Shown here: positions 10,280 through 19,372 of the stretch, in pieces
Layout of the letters: each line of letters opens with the position of its first letter
Position numbering within the stretch: position 1 is the stretch's first letter
Translations under genes and position numbers: made by a program
The notes under the pieces: model-generated
Seen by the model: the letters and a program-made list of their open reading frames with translations, nothing else
Told to the model about the DNA's origin: nothing
The model's database searches: none
DNA from: Terriglobia bacterium
GTDB lineage: Bacteria; Acidobacteriota; Terriglobia; Acidiferrales; UBA7541
Length of the DNA: 64,000 nucleotides
Assembly: GCA_963695545.1 (NCBI GenBank)
Contig: OY968796.1
Span: 2,304,001 to 2,368,000 of the forward strand
Direction: 5' to 3'

Positions 10280-11830
10280 ATGACCAGGGACACTCCAGCG
10301 ATTTCACGGTTCGTTGCTCCGACGACGGGTTGGTCGAACCGCGTCCTGCTGCTGGCTCTCGCGGGTATATTGTTCCTGACGTTTTACCCCTTTCAATTCG
10401 CGCCGCGGGCGACGTCTTTAGCTCACTCGTCTCCGTTCCTCCTCGGCGGCATAGCGAAGGGAGGACGGGCTCTCGAGGTCTACCTCAACATCTTGCTCTT
10501 TATGCCGTTTGGCTTCGGCGTATCTGAAAAGCTGCGCGAACGGGGATGGGGTTGGAGAGCGACCGCGCTCGCGACTTGGATCGCGGGGATCCTTCTCTCC
10601 TACGGCGTCGAATTTCTGCAGCAATACACCCCAACGCGCGCTTCTCGATGGGAAGACGTCTGTACGAACAGTGCGGGCGCGATCGCTGGTTTCATTTTGT
10701 TCGCGCTTTGCGGCAGGTTCATCGTCGAGTGGAGCTCAAGGGCGGAGTCTGCGCTTCGAGCGTCACTTACGCCTCGCCGGGCCCTCCTGCTTATTCCCAT
10801 TTATTTTGTGCTTTGGTTTGGCCTCTCGATGTGTCTGCAACGCGAAACCCGGTTGACGAATTGGGACGCCGAGTCCCGGCTTTTGGTTGGCAATGGCGCG
10901 GGACAATGGCAGTCGCCAAACTGGAAAGGATCCGTTTCCCGTCTGCAGTTTTGGAATCGGGCCCTGCCGGACGATCTCGCGCGCTCATTGACGGCGGGAG
11001 GAATGCCGGCCGGTTCTCAATCCGGCTTGCTGGCATCGTACGATTTTCTCGCACCCGCGCCAGCCCAGGATCAAACGAAATTCCTCCCCGCTCTATCCTG
11101 GTCGCCGGGTCCGCCGCCAACATCAACCCAGAGCGCGCTTGTGTTTGACAGAGGATCCTGGTTGAGCTCGCAGGTTCCTGTCTCAAACCTGGTGGAAGCT
11201 TTGGAGAAAACGAATCAATTTTCTCTTGAGTTTGCGTTCACTCCTGCGGAATCCGCTGGAGTTGACGGCGGGATTATTTCGATCTCGCCCGCGCCGCGAC
11301 GCGTTGATCTGTTCGTTAGGCAACAAGATTCTAATCTTGTCTTTTGGTTTCGCAGCGCAGTCACAGCCAGCCAGGACGGAATAATCTGGTCGATTCCCAA
11401 CACGTTCGTCGCCGGCCAGCGTCGCGATGTTCTTCTTACCTACGATGGGTCTGACGTCTCCGTGTACCTCGACGGGAAAGCGCGTCCCAACGTGTTCGAA
11501 CTCGGACCCGGAACGGTCCTCGCAGAGTCCATACGCCACGTCAAGGCGACCGAGTTCCGGGGTTATTCCTACATCTATGACGCCCTGATTTTTCTCCCGG
11601 CCGGCGCGCTCTTCGGGATGGTTGCAATTCCTGTCAGATCGCGCGTCAGCGCCGTAACAATCGTGCTGGCGATCGAATTTGTTTTGCCGCCGTGGCTGCT
11701 CGATCGAATTCTTTCGCACGTCAGCGGTCGGCCGATCTCGGTCGGAACTATATTCCTCTCGCTGGTTTTGGTCGCTGCGGGCAGCCTATGGATAAACGCC
11801 GACCGTCGACGCCCCGCTTCCGGTACTTGA
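10280..11830 (+). CDS. VanZ-family membrane protein with central LamG/ConA-like domain
   Basis: N-terminal NILLFMPFG...VEFLQ...R..RWEDV..N..G (VanZ); central beta-rich region (LTYDGSDVSVYLDG); C-terminal TM helices; start uncertain (10235 or 10280). Confidence 0.75.
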   Translation: MTRDTPAISRFVAPTTGWSNRVLLLALAGILFLTFYPFQFAPRATSLAHSSPFLLGGIAKGGRALEVYLNILLFMPFGFGVSEKLRERGWGWRATALATWIAGILLSYGVEFLQQYTPTRASRWEDVCTNSAGAIAGFILFALCGRFIVEWSSRAESALRASLTPRRALLLIPIYFVLWFGLSMCLQRETRLTNWDAESRLLVGNGAGQWQSPNWKGSVSRLQFWNRALPDDLARSLTAGGMPAGSQSGLLASYDFLAPAPAQDQTKFLPALSWSPGPPPTSTQSALVFDRGSWLSSQVPVSNLVEALEKTNQFSLEFAFTPAESAGVDGGIISISPAPRRVDLFVRQQDSNLVFWFRSAVTASQDGIIWSIPNTFVAGQRRDVLLTYDGSDVSVYLDGKARPNVFELGPGTVLAESIRHVKATEFRGYSYIYDALIFLPAGALFGMVAIPVRSRVSAVTIVLAIEFVLPPWLLDRILSHVSGRPISVGTIFLSLVLVAAGSLWINADRRRPASGT

Positions 11831-11945
11831 TCCGCAGCCAATTCCCGGCGGAGTCCGCCCGCTGCGATGCGTTTCGCATATAATCAAATACTCACGCGGC
11901 GCAGGCCGCGGAGCGCGCCACCACTGTGAAATCGAGGCAGATCTC

Positions 11946-12434
11946 ATGATTCTCGACGTTAACGGCATCCAGAAAATTCTCCCACACCGCTATCCCTTCC
12001 TGATGGTGGACGCCATTCTCGAAATGGAGCGCGTGAAGCGCATCGTGGGCATCAAGAACGTCAGCATCAACGAATACTATTTTCAGGGCCATTTCCCCGG
12101 CAAACCCATTATGCCCGGCGTGTTGATCATCGAGGGCATGGCGCAGACGGGCGGCTTGCTGCTGCTGCTCGAAGTTCCCGACCGCGAGAACAAGCTTCTC
12201 TATTTTGTGGCCGTCGACGACGCCCGGTTTCGCCGGCCCGTCGTGCCCGGCGATCAGTTGCGCATTGAGATGACCGTGCTTTCCTGGCGCGCCACGTTCT
12301 GCAAGCTGCGCGGGATCGCGACCGTGAATGGCGACGTCGTCGCCGAAGCCACGCTAATGTGCAAGATGGTCGATCGCGAAATGGCCGCGGCCGCAGAGGC
12401 CCGGTCCAAGGCCGAGGTGGAATCCAAGCAATGA
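11946..12434 (+). CDS. fabZ: 3-hydroxyacyl-ACP dehydratase
   Basis: LPHRYPFLMVD, GHFPGKPIMPGVLIIEGMAQ, RFRRPVVPGDQL. Confidence 0.96.
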   Translation: MILDVNGIQKILPHRYPFLMVDAILEMERVKRIVGIKNVSINEYYFQGHFPGKPIMPGVLIIEGMAQTGGLLLLLEVPDRENKLLYFVAVDDARFRRPVVPGDQLRIEMTVLSWRATFCKLRGIATVNGDVVAEATLMCKMVDREMAAAAEARSKAEVESKQ

Positions 12435-13210
12435 GCGAGATTGATCCCCGGGCAGCGGTTTCGCCGCGTGCCCGCCTTGGCGCGGGCGTGCGTGTCGGCG
12501 CGTTTGCCGTGGTTGGCGACGAAGTCGAGCTGGGCGATGGCTGCGTGGTCATGCCGAGTGCTGTGTTGCAAGGCCCCGCGCGTTTTGGCACGGGCAACAT
12601 TTTCCATCCGTGCTGCTCAGTAGGCGGCGATCCCCAGGATTTGAAGTTCGCGGGCGAGCGCACGGAGTTGGTGGTCGGGGACGACAACACGTTTCGCGAA
12701 TTCGTTACGATCAATCGCGGAACCGGGTCAGCCGGCGGCGCGACGCGAATCGGCAACCATAATTTGTTCATGGCGTATGCGCACGTGGCGCACGATTGCA
12801 ACGTAGGCGATCGCACGATTTTCGCCAATGGCGCGACTCTCGCGGGCCACGTCGACGTGCACGATCACGCAACCGTCGGCGCGTACTGCACGATTCACCA
12901 GTTCACGCGCATCGGCCGCTACGCCTACATTGGCGCGCTCACGGCGCTGGTAAAGGATGCGCCGCCGTTTTCATTGATCGTGGCCGAGCGCGAGGTTCAC
13001 TGCTATGGCCCGAACTCGGTAGGAATCGAGCGTGCCGGCTTCGGGGCCGAGCGCACCCAGGCCATCGAACGCGCATTTCGTTTGCTGCTTCGCGCGAAGC
13101 TCAACACCACGCAAGCCGTTACGCAGCTCCGCACGCAGATGGCGGATTCGCCCGACATTCGGGAGCTTGTCGAGTTTATCGAGTCGAGCAAGCGCGGCGT
13201 GATCAAGTAA
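12431..13210 (+). CDS. lpxA: Acyl-ACP--UDP-GlcNAc acyltransferase
   Basis: Hexapeptide repeats, PQDLKF, REFVTINRGT, HVAHDC, LAGHV; ATGA overlap with fabZ. Confidence 0.95.
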   Translation: MSEIDPRAAVSPRARLGAGVRVGAFAVVGDEVELGDGCVVMPSAVLQGPARFGTGNIFHPCCSVGGDPQDLKFAGERTELVVGDDNTFREFVTINRGTGSAGGATRIGNHNLFMAYAHVAHDCNVGDRTIFANGATLAGHVDVHDHATVGAYCTIHQFTRIGRYAYIGALTALVKDAPPFSLIVAEREVHCYGPNSVGIERAGFGAERTQAIERAFRLLLRAKLNTTQAVTQLRTQMADSPDIRELVEFIESSKRGVIK

Positions 13211-13218
13211 CCCTGCCG

Positions 13219-14112
13219 ATGACCAACCCAGCCCAGCACGCTCCTTTCGCCATCCCATCGGATCCCACTGGATGGGGCTTGATCGCGGGCAACGGGCGCT
13301 TCCCATTTCTCGTGCTGGAAGCCGCGCGCAGTCAGGGAATTGACATGGCGGTGCTGGCTCTGCGCGAGGAGGCTTCGCCTGACCTTGAACGGCTCTCGAA
13401 GCGGCTGCATTGGGTCAGCCTAGGAGAACTCAGCCGAGCTCTCGAGCTATTGCATCAAGAGGGAGTGACGCGCGCCGTGATGGCCGGCCAGGTGAAGCAC
13501 AAGCAGATATTCAGTTCGATTCGTCCCGATTGGCGCTTGGCAAAGCTGCTCTTTTCGCTTCCGTTCAAGAATACCGATTCGCTCATCGGAGCCGTGGCCG
13601 GGGTGCTGAAAGAGGAAGGCATCGAGCTCGTGGATTCCACCGCGTTTTTGAAACCGCTCGTGCCCGAACCCGGTGTATTGACGCGCCGCGCCCCGGACGT
13701 CCGCGAGGCTGCGGACATCGTCTACGGCCGCACAATCGCCACAGCAATCGCCGCGCTCGATCTCGGTCAGACAGTGGTGGTGCGCGACGGCGCCTGCGTG
13801 GCCATCGAAGCCATGGAAGGAACCGACGAAACGATCGAGCGCGCTGCGCGTATCGCCGCAGGCAGTCCGCTCGTGGTTGTGAAAGTCAGCAAGCCGCGCC
13901 AGGACATGCGCTTCGATGTACCCGTGATCGGCCTCGCGACCGTCGAAGTGATGCGAAGGTGTGGCGCGACGGCCCTCGCGATCGACGCCGGCCGCACGCT
14001 GCTTTTCGATCGTCCGCGCCTCGTCGAAGCGGCAGACGCGGCCGGTGTGGCGATCGAGGCGTTCCCACCCCAGGCATCGCAGGCAGGCGATCCGCCGAGC
14101 GAGGCGCGCTGA
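13219..14112 (+). CDS. lpxI: UDP-2,3-diacylglucosamine diphosphatase LpxI
   Basis: GLIAGNGRFP, DLGQTVVV, AIEAMEGTD, QDMRFDVPVIG; follows lpxA. Confidence 0.92.
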   Translation: MTNPAQHAPFAIPSDPTGWGLIAGNGRFPFLVLEAARSQGIDMAVLALREEASPDLERLSKRLHWVSLGELSRALELLHQEGVTRAVMAGQVKHKQIFSSIRPDWRLAKLLFSLPFKNTDSLIGAVAGVLKEEGIELVDSTAFLKPLVPEPGVLTRRAPDVREAADIVYGRTIATAIAALDLGQTVVVRDGACVAIEAMEGTDETIERAARIAAGSPLVVVKVSKPRQDMRFDVPVIGLATVEVMRRCGATALAIDAGRTLLFDRPRLVEAADAAGVAIEAFPPQASQAGDPPSEAR

Positions 14113-15110
14113 TGGAAAACTCTTCCAAGGTGGCCAGTCGCGTTCGCGTCGCAGTGGTGGGCGTAGGAGATTTCGGCCGCAATCACGTCCGCGTCTACAG
14201 CGAACTTAACGAGGCTGAGCTAGTCGGCGTCGCGGATGCGGACGCCGCGCGCGCCAGCGCCATTGCGCAAGAATTCTCGGTCACAACGTTCGATAGCATT
14301 GAAGCGCTGGCCGGAAAAGTAGACGCCGTGAGCCTGGCCGTGCCCACAACCGAGCACGCGCGCCTGGGCTGCCGTTTGCTTGAGATGGGGCTCGATGTGC
14401 TCGTCGAGAAGCCCATCGCCGCATCGCTCGACGAAGCGGACGACCTCGTGCGAACGGCCGCGCGTCGCAGCAGAATTTTGCAAATCGGGCATCTCGAGCG
14501 ATTCAATCCCGGTTTGGTGGCAGTGATGCCCATGGTCAAGCGGCCGCTATATTTTGAGGTGCATCGTCTCGGGGTGTTCACGCCGCGCAGTTTGGATGTA
14601 GACGTGGTCTACGATGTTATGATTCACGATCTCGACATACTATTGGCGCTCACGGGCGAACCGGTCGTGGAGATTGACGCAGTAGGAATTCCCGTGCTCA
14701 CTGAGAAAGTGGACATCGCGCAGGCGCGTCTCGGATTTCCCTCCGGCGCCGTCGCCAATGTCACCGCCAGCCGCGTCTCCACCGAGCGCGTGCGCAAAAT
14801 GCGCTTCTTTCAGCATCACGAATACATTTCCGTCGATTTCAATCGTCAGGACGCGCTGCGCATCCGCGTGAAGGAAGCCGGCCCACAACCGAAATTCGAT
14901 TTTGAAAAGCCGGCAGCCGATCCCGAAGAGCCTCTGCGCGCCGAGCTTCGCTCGTTCTTAAATTCGGTCCGCACGCGCACCGCGCCGCGCGTGGACGGCG
15001 CCGCCGGCAGGCGCGCTCTCGAGCTTGCTGACCGGGTGATGGCAGGCATCCGCGAGCACGCGCTGCGCGTCCAATTGGCAGGCTCCGCGCTTCCCCGGGA
15101 AAACGAATGA
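14112..15110 (+). CDS. Gfo/Idh/MocA oxidoreductase, GnnA-like
   Basis: VVGVGDFG, VLVEKPIA, GHLERFNP, DVMIHDLD, TASRVS; position after lpxA-lpxI. Confidence 0.8.
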   Translation: MENSSKVASRVRVAVVGVGDFGRNHVRVYSELNEAELVGVADADAARASAIAQEFSVTTFDSIEALAGKVDAVSLAVPTTEHARLGCRLLEMGLDVLVEKPIAASLDEADDLVRTAARRSRILQIGHLERFNPGLVAVMPMVKRPLYFEVHRLGVFTPRSLDVDVVYDVMIHDLDILLALTGEPVVEIDAVGIPVLTEKVDIAQARLGFPSGAVANVTASRVSTERVRKMRFFQHHEYISVDFNRQDALRIRVKEAGPQPKFDFEKPAADPEEPLRAELRSFLNSVRTRTAPRVDGAAGRRALELADRVMAGIREHALRVQLAGSALPRENE

Positions 15111-16483
15111 GTCAGCGGTATATGGTTCCGAGATTCTTGGTTCCGACCGATGTGCGTCCGGTCGCCGATGGCGCGGACGGCGCCGCGCCGCCGCGGCGTC
15201 TTTCGACGTCGCTCGATAACCGCACGATCGTGCCGGCAAATCTGCCGCATCTCGAGCTCGACACGCGCTCGACGATTCCGCTGTATATGCCGCTGGACGT
15301 GTTGGCCGCGCGCATGGTGATTCCGCGCGACGCCGGAGACGCGCCTCTCGACACCGAGCACACCATCCCCGACTACGTTCCGATCACCATCACGGAGTCC
15401 CGCTTCGTCGTCCCCGAAAAAATGGCGCCGGTCGAGCTGAAGTCGAAGCCTCGAATGTCCGCCAGCGAATTGCCGGATTTGGTCGAGCCCGACGTGATGA
15501 CCACGGGCGAAGTCAATTTGATGGACACACCGGTCGAGGAGCGCATCTCGGCCTGGAAGCGGCTCTCGCGATTCGTCTCCATCGCTGCGCACGTCGCGAT
15601 CATCATTTTCATTTTCATCGAGCCGAAGCTATTTCCGTATCGCCCGCCGACCGCCGACCAGTTGAATCTCGCCCAGAATGAGCTGACCTGGGCCAATCTG
15701 CCGGCGCTCTCGAATGACACGGCACGGTCGAGTCCGCGCCCAGCGCCGCCCGGCCCGCAAGTGCGCGTCGATCCCCGCGTGCTGCAGCAGGTCACGCCGC
15801 CCGAGCCCACGCCAGAGCCCGAGCGCGCGGCGCCGAGTGAACCCGAATCCACGTTGCCGGCGGCACCAACTCCGCAGCCCCAGCAGCTTGCGCCCACGCC
15901 GCAGCCGCAACAGGAGATTCCGTCGGCCCCGGAAGCCCCGGCGCCGCAGCCGACTAATAACGGATTGATGCTGCCGAAAATTGATTCCGGCGCATCCCCC
16001 GATGATTTGCGCGCGCGTGGTGAGGGCGGAGGCACGAGCCAGGGTTTTGAAGCCCCCATGCCGGGCGCGCGCAGACAAGGCGGCGGCCAGGGATATGGCG
16101 GTGGTGGCGGTGGAGGTTATTCTAGCGGCGGCGTTCAGATGCTGACGCCCACTCAGGGCCTGGATTGGTCGGGCTATCTGGCGCGAGTTCTCGACAGCGT
16201 GAAGCGCAATTGGTACGCGATCATGCCGGAGTCAGCGGAAATGGGCGATCGCGGACGCGTGGTTCTGGATTTCAAAATCCTGCGCGACGGAAACGTTCCC
16301 GACCCTGATCCCGAGATGAGGAGCAGCTCTCAAAAGGAACCGCTGGACCGTGCCGCCGCTGGCGCAATTCGCGCCTCCAGCCCATTTGAGCCCTTGCCTC
16401 CGGAATTCAGCGGTCCTTACATCGAGCTGCGCTTCATCTTTTTGTACAACATTCCGCTCAGTGAAGCCGAGCAGCCCCAATGA
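15107..16483 (+). CDS. TonB-family energy transducer with long N-terminal repeat region
   Basis: TM with SxxxH motif (SIAAHVAII), Pro-rich linker, C-terminal TonB_C (VVLDFKILRDG...SS....LDRAA...I..SSPF.PLP). Confidence 0.85.
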   Translation: MSQRYMVPRFLVPTDVRPVADGADGAAPPRRLSTSLDNRTIVPANLPHLELDTRSTIPLYMPLDVLAARMVIPRDAGDAPLDTEHTIPDYVPITITESRFVVPEKMAPVELKSKPRMSASELPDLVEPDVMTTGEVNLMDTPVEERISAWKRLSRFVSIAAHVAIIIFIFIEPKLFPYRPPTADQLNLAQNELTWANLPALSNDTARSSPRPAPPGPQVRVDPRVLQQVTPPEPTPEPERAAPSEPESTLPAAPTPQPQQLAPTPQPQQEIPSAPEAPAPQPTNNGLMLPKIDSGASPDDLRARGEGGGTSQGFEAPMPGARRQGGGQGYGGGGGGGYSSGGVQMLTPTQGLDWSGYLARVLDSVKRNWYAIMPESAEMGDRGRVVLDFKILRDGNVPDPDPEMRSSSQKEPLDRAAAGAIRASSPFEPLPPEFSGPYIELRFIFLYNIPLSEAEQPQ

Positions 16484-16575
16484 AGCCTAATCGCGCTCAA
16501 GTTCTGGGCGCGCTGCTTTTGGCCGCGCTCTTCGCGCTCTATTTGTTGATTCGCTACGGAAAATTCCTCGGATGA
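16480..16575 (+). CDS. 31-aa single-pass membrane peptide MKPNRAQVLGALLLAALFALYLLIRYGKFLG
   Basis: Fills the tonB-miaA gap exactly, with ATGA overlaps at both ends; hydrophobic core with basic flanks. Confidence 0.7.
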   Translation: MKPNRAQVLGALLLAALFALYLLIRYGKFLG

Positions 16576-17591
16576 ATCGCCCATCCCCCGCTTCGCCTGC
16601 GCCGCTTGTGGCCATCCTCGGTCCGACGGCCTCCGGCAAATCCGCGCTGAGCGTGTTCCTTGCCGAACGCTTCGGCGGGGAAATTCTCGCCTGCGATTCG
16701 ACGCAGGTCTATCGCGGCTTCGATATCGGCACTGCGAAACCTGCGGCCGCGGAGCGCCGCGGCATCCCGCATCATCTTCTCGATTTGGTCGAACCGTCAG
16801 ATCTCTTCACCGCTGGCGAGTATCGGCGCCGAGCCGAACTCGTCCTGGCCGATTTGCAGAGCCGCGGCCGCCTGCCGATCCTGACGGTCGGCACGGGCCT
16901 ATATCTTCGCGCGCTGCTCGAGGGATTGGCCGACGCGCCTGAGCGCTCAGCCGAGCTTCGCGCGCGTCTTGAGGCACGCGCCGCTGCGTGCGGTCCCGCG
17001 TATCTCCATCGCATCCTTGCGCACCTTGATCCCCAATCCGCGCGCCGCATCGCTCCGCGCGATCGTCAGAAACTCGTGCGCGCGATCGAGATATGCGTTC
17101 TCGCAGGCAAGTCCGTCACGGAGCTGCATCGTTCGGGCCGCGATCCGCTCATCGGCTTTGCGCCGATTCGCATTGGACTCAATCCGCCGCGCGCGGAGCT
17201 GCGTGCGCGAATCGAGCGGCGCACGCACGGGATGCTCGCGCGAGAATGGCTTGACGAAGTGGCCGAATTAATTCGCGCCGGCGTCCCCGCGCAGAGCAAG
17301 CCATTCGAGTTCATCGGCTATCGTGCGCTGCGCGAACATCTCGAAAGCCGCACGAGCTTGGCCGATGCAACCGCCGTGATCGTGCAGTCCACGCGCCGTT
17401 ACGCCAAGCGGCAGCTTACCTGGTTCAGGCGCGAGCCGGACGTGGCGTGGCTTGCGGGATTTGGCGACGATCCCGAAATCGCCGATGCGGCCGAACGTCT
17501 CATCGCCGCACGCCTCGTCGCGTTTCGCGCAGGCGCCGCGGAAGTTTCTTCGCACAGGCCCACCGCAGTCCATCCACGCGCGGACGTATAA
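16572..17591 (+). CDS. miaA: tRNA dimethylallyltransferase
   Basis: GPTASGKS, DSTQVYRGFDIGTAKP, PHHLLD, GTGLY, TRRYAKRQLTWF. Confidence 0.96.
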   Translation: MNRPSPASPAPLVAILGPTASGKSALSVFLAERFGGEILACDSTQVYRGFDIGTAKPAAAERRGIPHHLLDLVEPSDLFTAGEYRRRAELVLADLQSRGRLPILTVGTGLYLRALLEGLADAPERSAELRARLEARAAACGPAYLHRILAHLDPQSARRIAPRDRQKLVRAIEICVLAGKSVTELHRSGRDPLIGFAPIRIGLNPPRAELRARIERRTHGMLAREWLDEVAELIRAGVPAQSKPFEFIGYRALREHLESRTSLADATAVIVQSTRRYAKRQLTWFRREPDVAWLAGFGDDPEIADAAERLIAARLVAFRAGAAEVSSHRPTAVHPRADV

Positions 17592-17670
17592 TGAGACCGG
17601 TGCCGATGCTCCTCACCCCCGCCGTGCGCGACCGAATCTCTCTGCGAATTTTTCTGCGATCCAACTCACA

Positions 17671-18984
17671 ATGAAAACTCCGCGCAGCACCGAATCGCAC
17701 GAACGTGTCCTGTTAGTTGGCGTCGGCTTGAAACGTACTCCCCGCATGGCTGGTCAAGAAGCCGGCGCACCCGAGCGCGAAGCGCTGCTTGAGCTCGAGG
17801 AATTGGCGCGCAGCGCCGGCGCCGTCGTGGCGGGCTCGGTGTTCCAGGTCCGCGACGCGATCGATTCGGCCACGGTGGTCGGACGCGGCAAGCTCGAAGA
17901 AATCAAAATTGAAGCGAATCTGCACAAGGCGCCGCTAGTCGTCTTCGACCGCAACCTTACGCCCACGCAGCAGCGCAACCTCGAGCGCGAAATCGATCGT
18001 CGCGTGATCGATCGCACGCAGTTGATCCTGGATATTTTCGCGCGGCACGCCCTCAGCCGCGAAGGCCAACTCCAAGTCGAGCTCGCGCAATTGAACTACA
18101 TGCTCCCGCGCTTGGCCGGCCAGCGCACCGAGCTCTCGCGGCTCGGCGGCGGCATCGGCACTCGCGGTCCCGGCGAACAGAAACTCGAAACCGACCGCCG
18201 TCGCATTCGCGATCGGGTCGGCCGCATCGCGCGGAGCATCGAGACGCTGCGCAAACAGCGCGGCGTGCGTCGCCAATCGCGCCGCGCGGTTCCGCTCGGC
18301 ATGATCGCGCTTGTCGGCTATACGAACGCCGGAAAATCCACGCTGTTTAACGCGGTGTCGGGCGCCGACGTTTTGGTTTCGCACAAAATGTTCGCCACGC
18401 TCGACCCGACGGTGCGCGGCGTGCGTCTGCCCTCGGGCCGGCGCGCGTTGTTTTCCGACACGGTCGGATTCATTCGCGATCTGCCGCCGGGACTGATGGC
18501 GGCATTCAAGGCTACGCTCGAGGAAGTCGAGGAGGCGGCGCTGATCCTGCATGTCACCGACGTTTCAAATCCAGCTCACGCCGAACAAGACGCCGAGGTC
18601 GAAAAAGTGTTGCACGATCTCGGCGTCGCGGGCCGCCCTCGACTCCGCGTCTTCAACAAGATCGATCGTTTGACGCCCTCGGAGATTGAGGCGCTGAACG
18701 CACCGGGCGAATCGGGCGACACGGCGTCAGTTTCCGGGCTCACCGGCGCCGGCCTGGAGCAGTTGCTTCAAAAAATTGACGAGCGCCTGCCAGTCGATCC
18801 AATCGTCCGCCTGCGCTTTCGCTTGCCACTCTCCGACGGTCGGTCGCTCGCCCTAGTGCACGGCTTAGGGCACGTCCTGAACTCGGAAGTTGAAGATTCG
18901 CATATGCTTCTCGAAGCCGACCTGCCCGAGTCGATCGTGCGCCGCCTGGGCCTTGAGTCGGTTGGCGATCCGGCCCGAAAATAA
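17671..18984 (+). CDS. hflX: GTPase HflX
   Basis: GIGTRGPGEQKLE, GYTNAGKS, FATLDPT, DTVGFI, NKID. Confidence 0.95.
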   Translation: MKTPRSTESHERVLLVGVGLKRTPRMAGQEAGAPEREALLELEELARSAGAVVAGSVFQVRDAIDSATVVGRGKLEEIKIEANLHKAPLVVFDRNLTPTQQRNLEREIDRRVIDRTQLILDIFARHALSREGQLQVELAQLNYMLPRLAGQRTELSRLGGGIGTRGPGEQKLETDRRRIRDRVGRIARSIETLRKQRGVRRQSRRAVPLGMIALVGYTNAGKSTLFNAVSGADVLVSHKMFATLDPTVRGVRLPSGRRALFSDTVGFIRDLPPGLMAAFKATLEEVEEAALILHVTDVSNPAHAEQDAEVEKVLHDLGVAGRPRLRVFNKIDRLTPSEIEALNAPGESGDTASVSGLTGAGLEQLLQKIDERLPVDPIVRLRFRLPLSDGRSLALVHGLGHVLNSEVEDSHMLLEADLPESIVRRLGLESVGDPARK

Positions 18985-19276
18985 AGACCGTCCAGTAGGA
19001 CTGCCCGAGTTGGAAAAGCTGTGGAAACCTCTGGAAGTGGCTGCAGCGCCAAGATCTTAGGGGAAACGCGTGATCCAAGCGGAGCGGCGACTGCGGCTGC
19101 ATCCTATTCATACTAAGCTGGTTACGCGATAGCCAGGAATTGCGTCTATGGCCGCCGGCGCGATTTTCCCCTAAATCCTTTGATTTGTGATTTTCACAGC
19201 CCCCAAGCCCTATTGTGGCCAACTGGTAACCCGCCAAGATGGTTTGCCCTAACGCCTCGCGCCTCGGTCAGGGGCG

Positions 19277-19305
19277 TTGACGCCCCGCGCATCGGGGACT
19301 ATATT
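19277..19305 (+). promoter_or_regulatory. sigma70 promoter for pgsA
   Basis: TTGACG-17 bp-TATATT, about 70 bp upstream of the ATG. Confidence 0.6.
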
Positions 19306-19372
19306 GTGATTGGTCTCGGAGCCGGGCTCATCGTGGTTATGCCGCGTCCGGCTAAGTGTCCTCGGATACCCC

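Noticed and set aside
12796..14111. Long N-terminal extensions of lpxI and the oxidoreductase (also hflX and trpE) in the ORF track
   Set aside because: They overlap upstream genes in stop-poor frames; real starts are at the coupled ATGs
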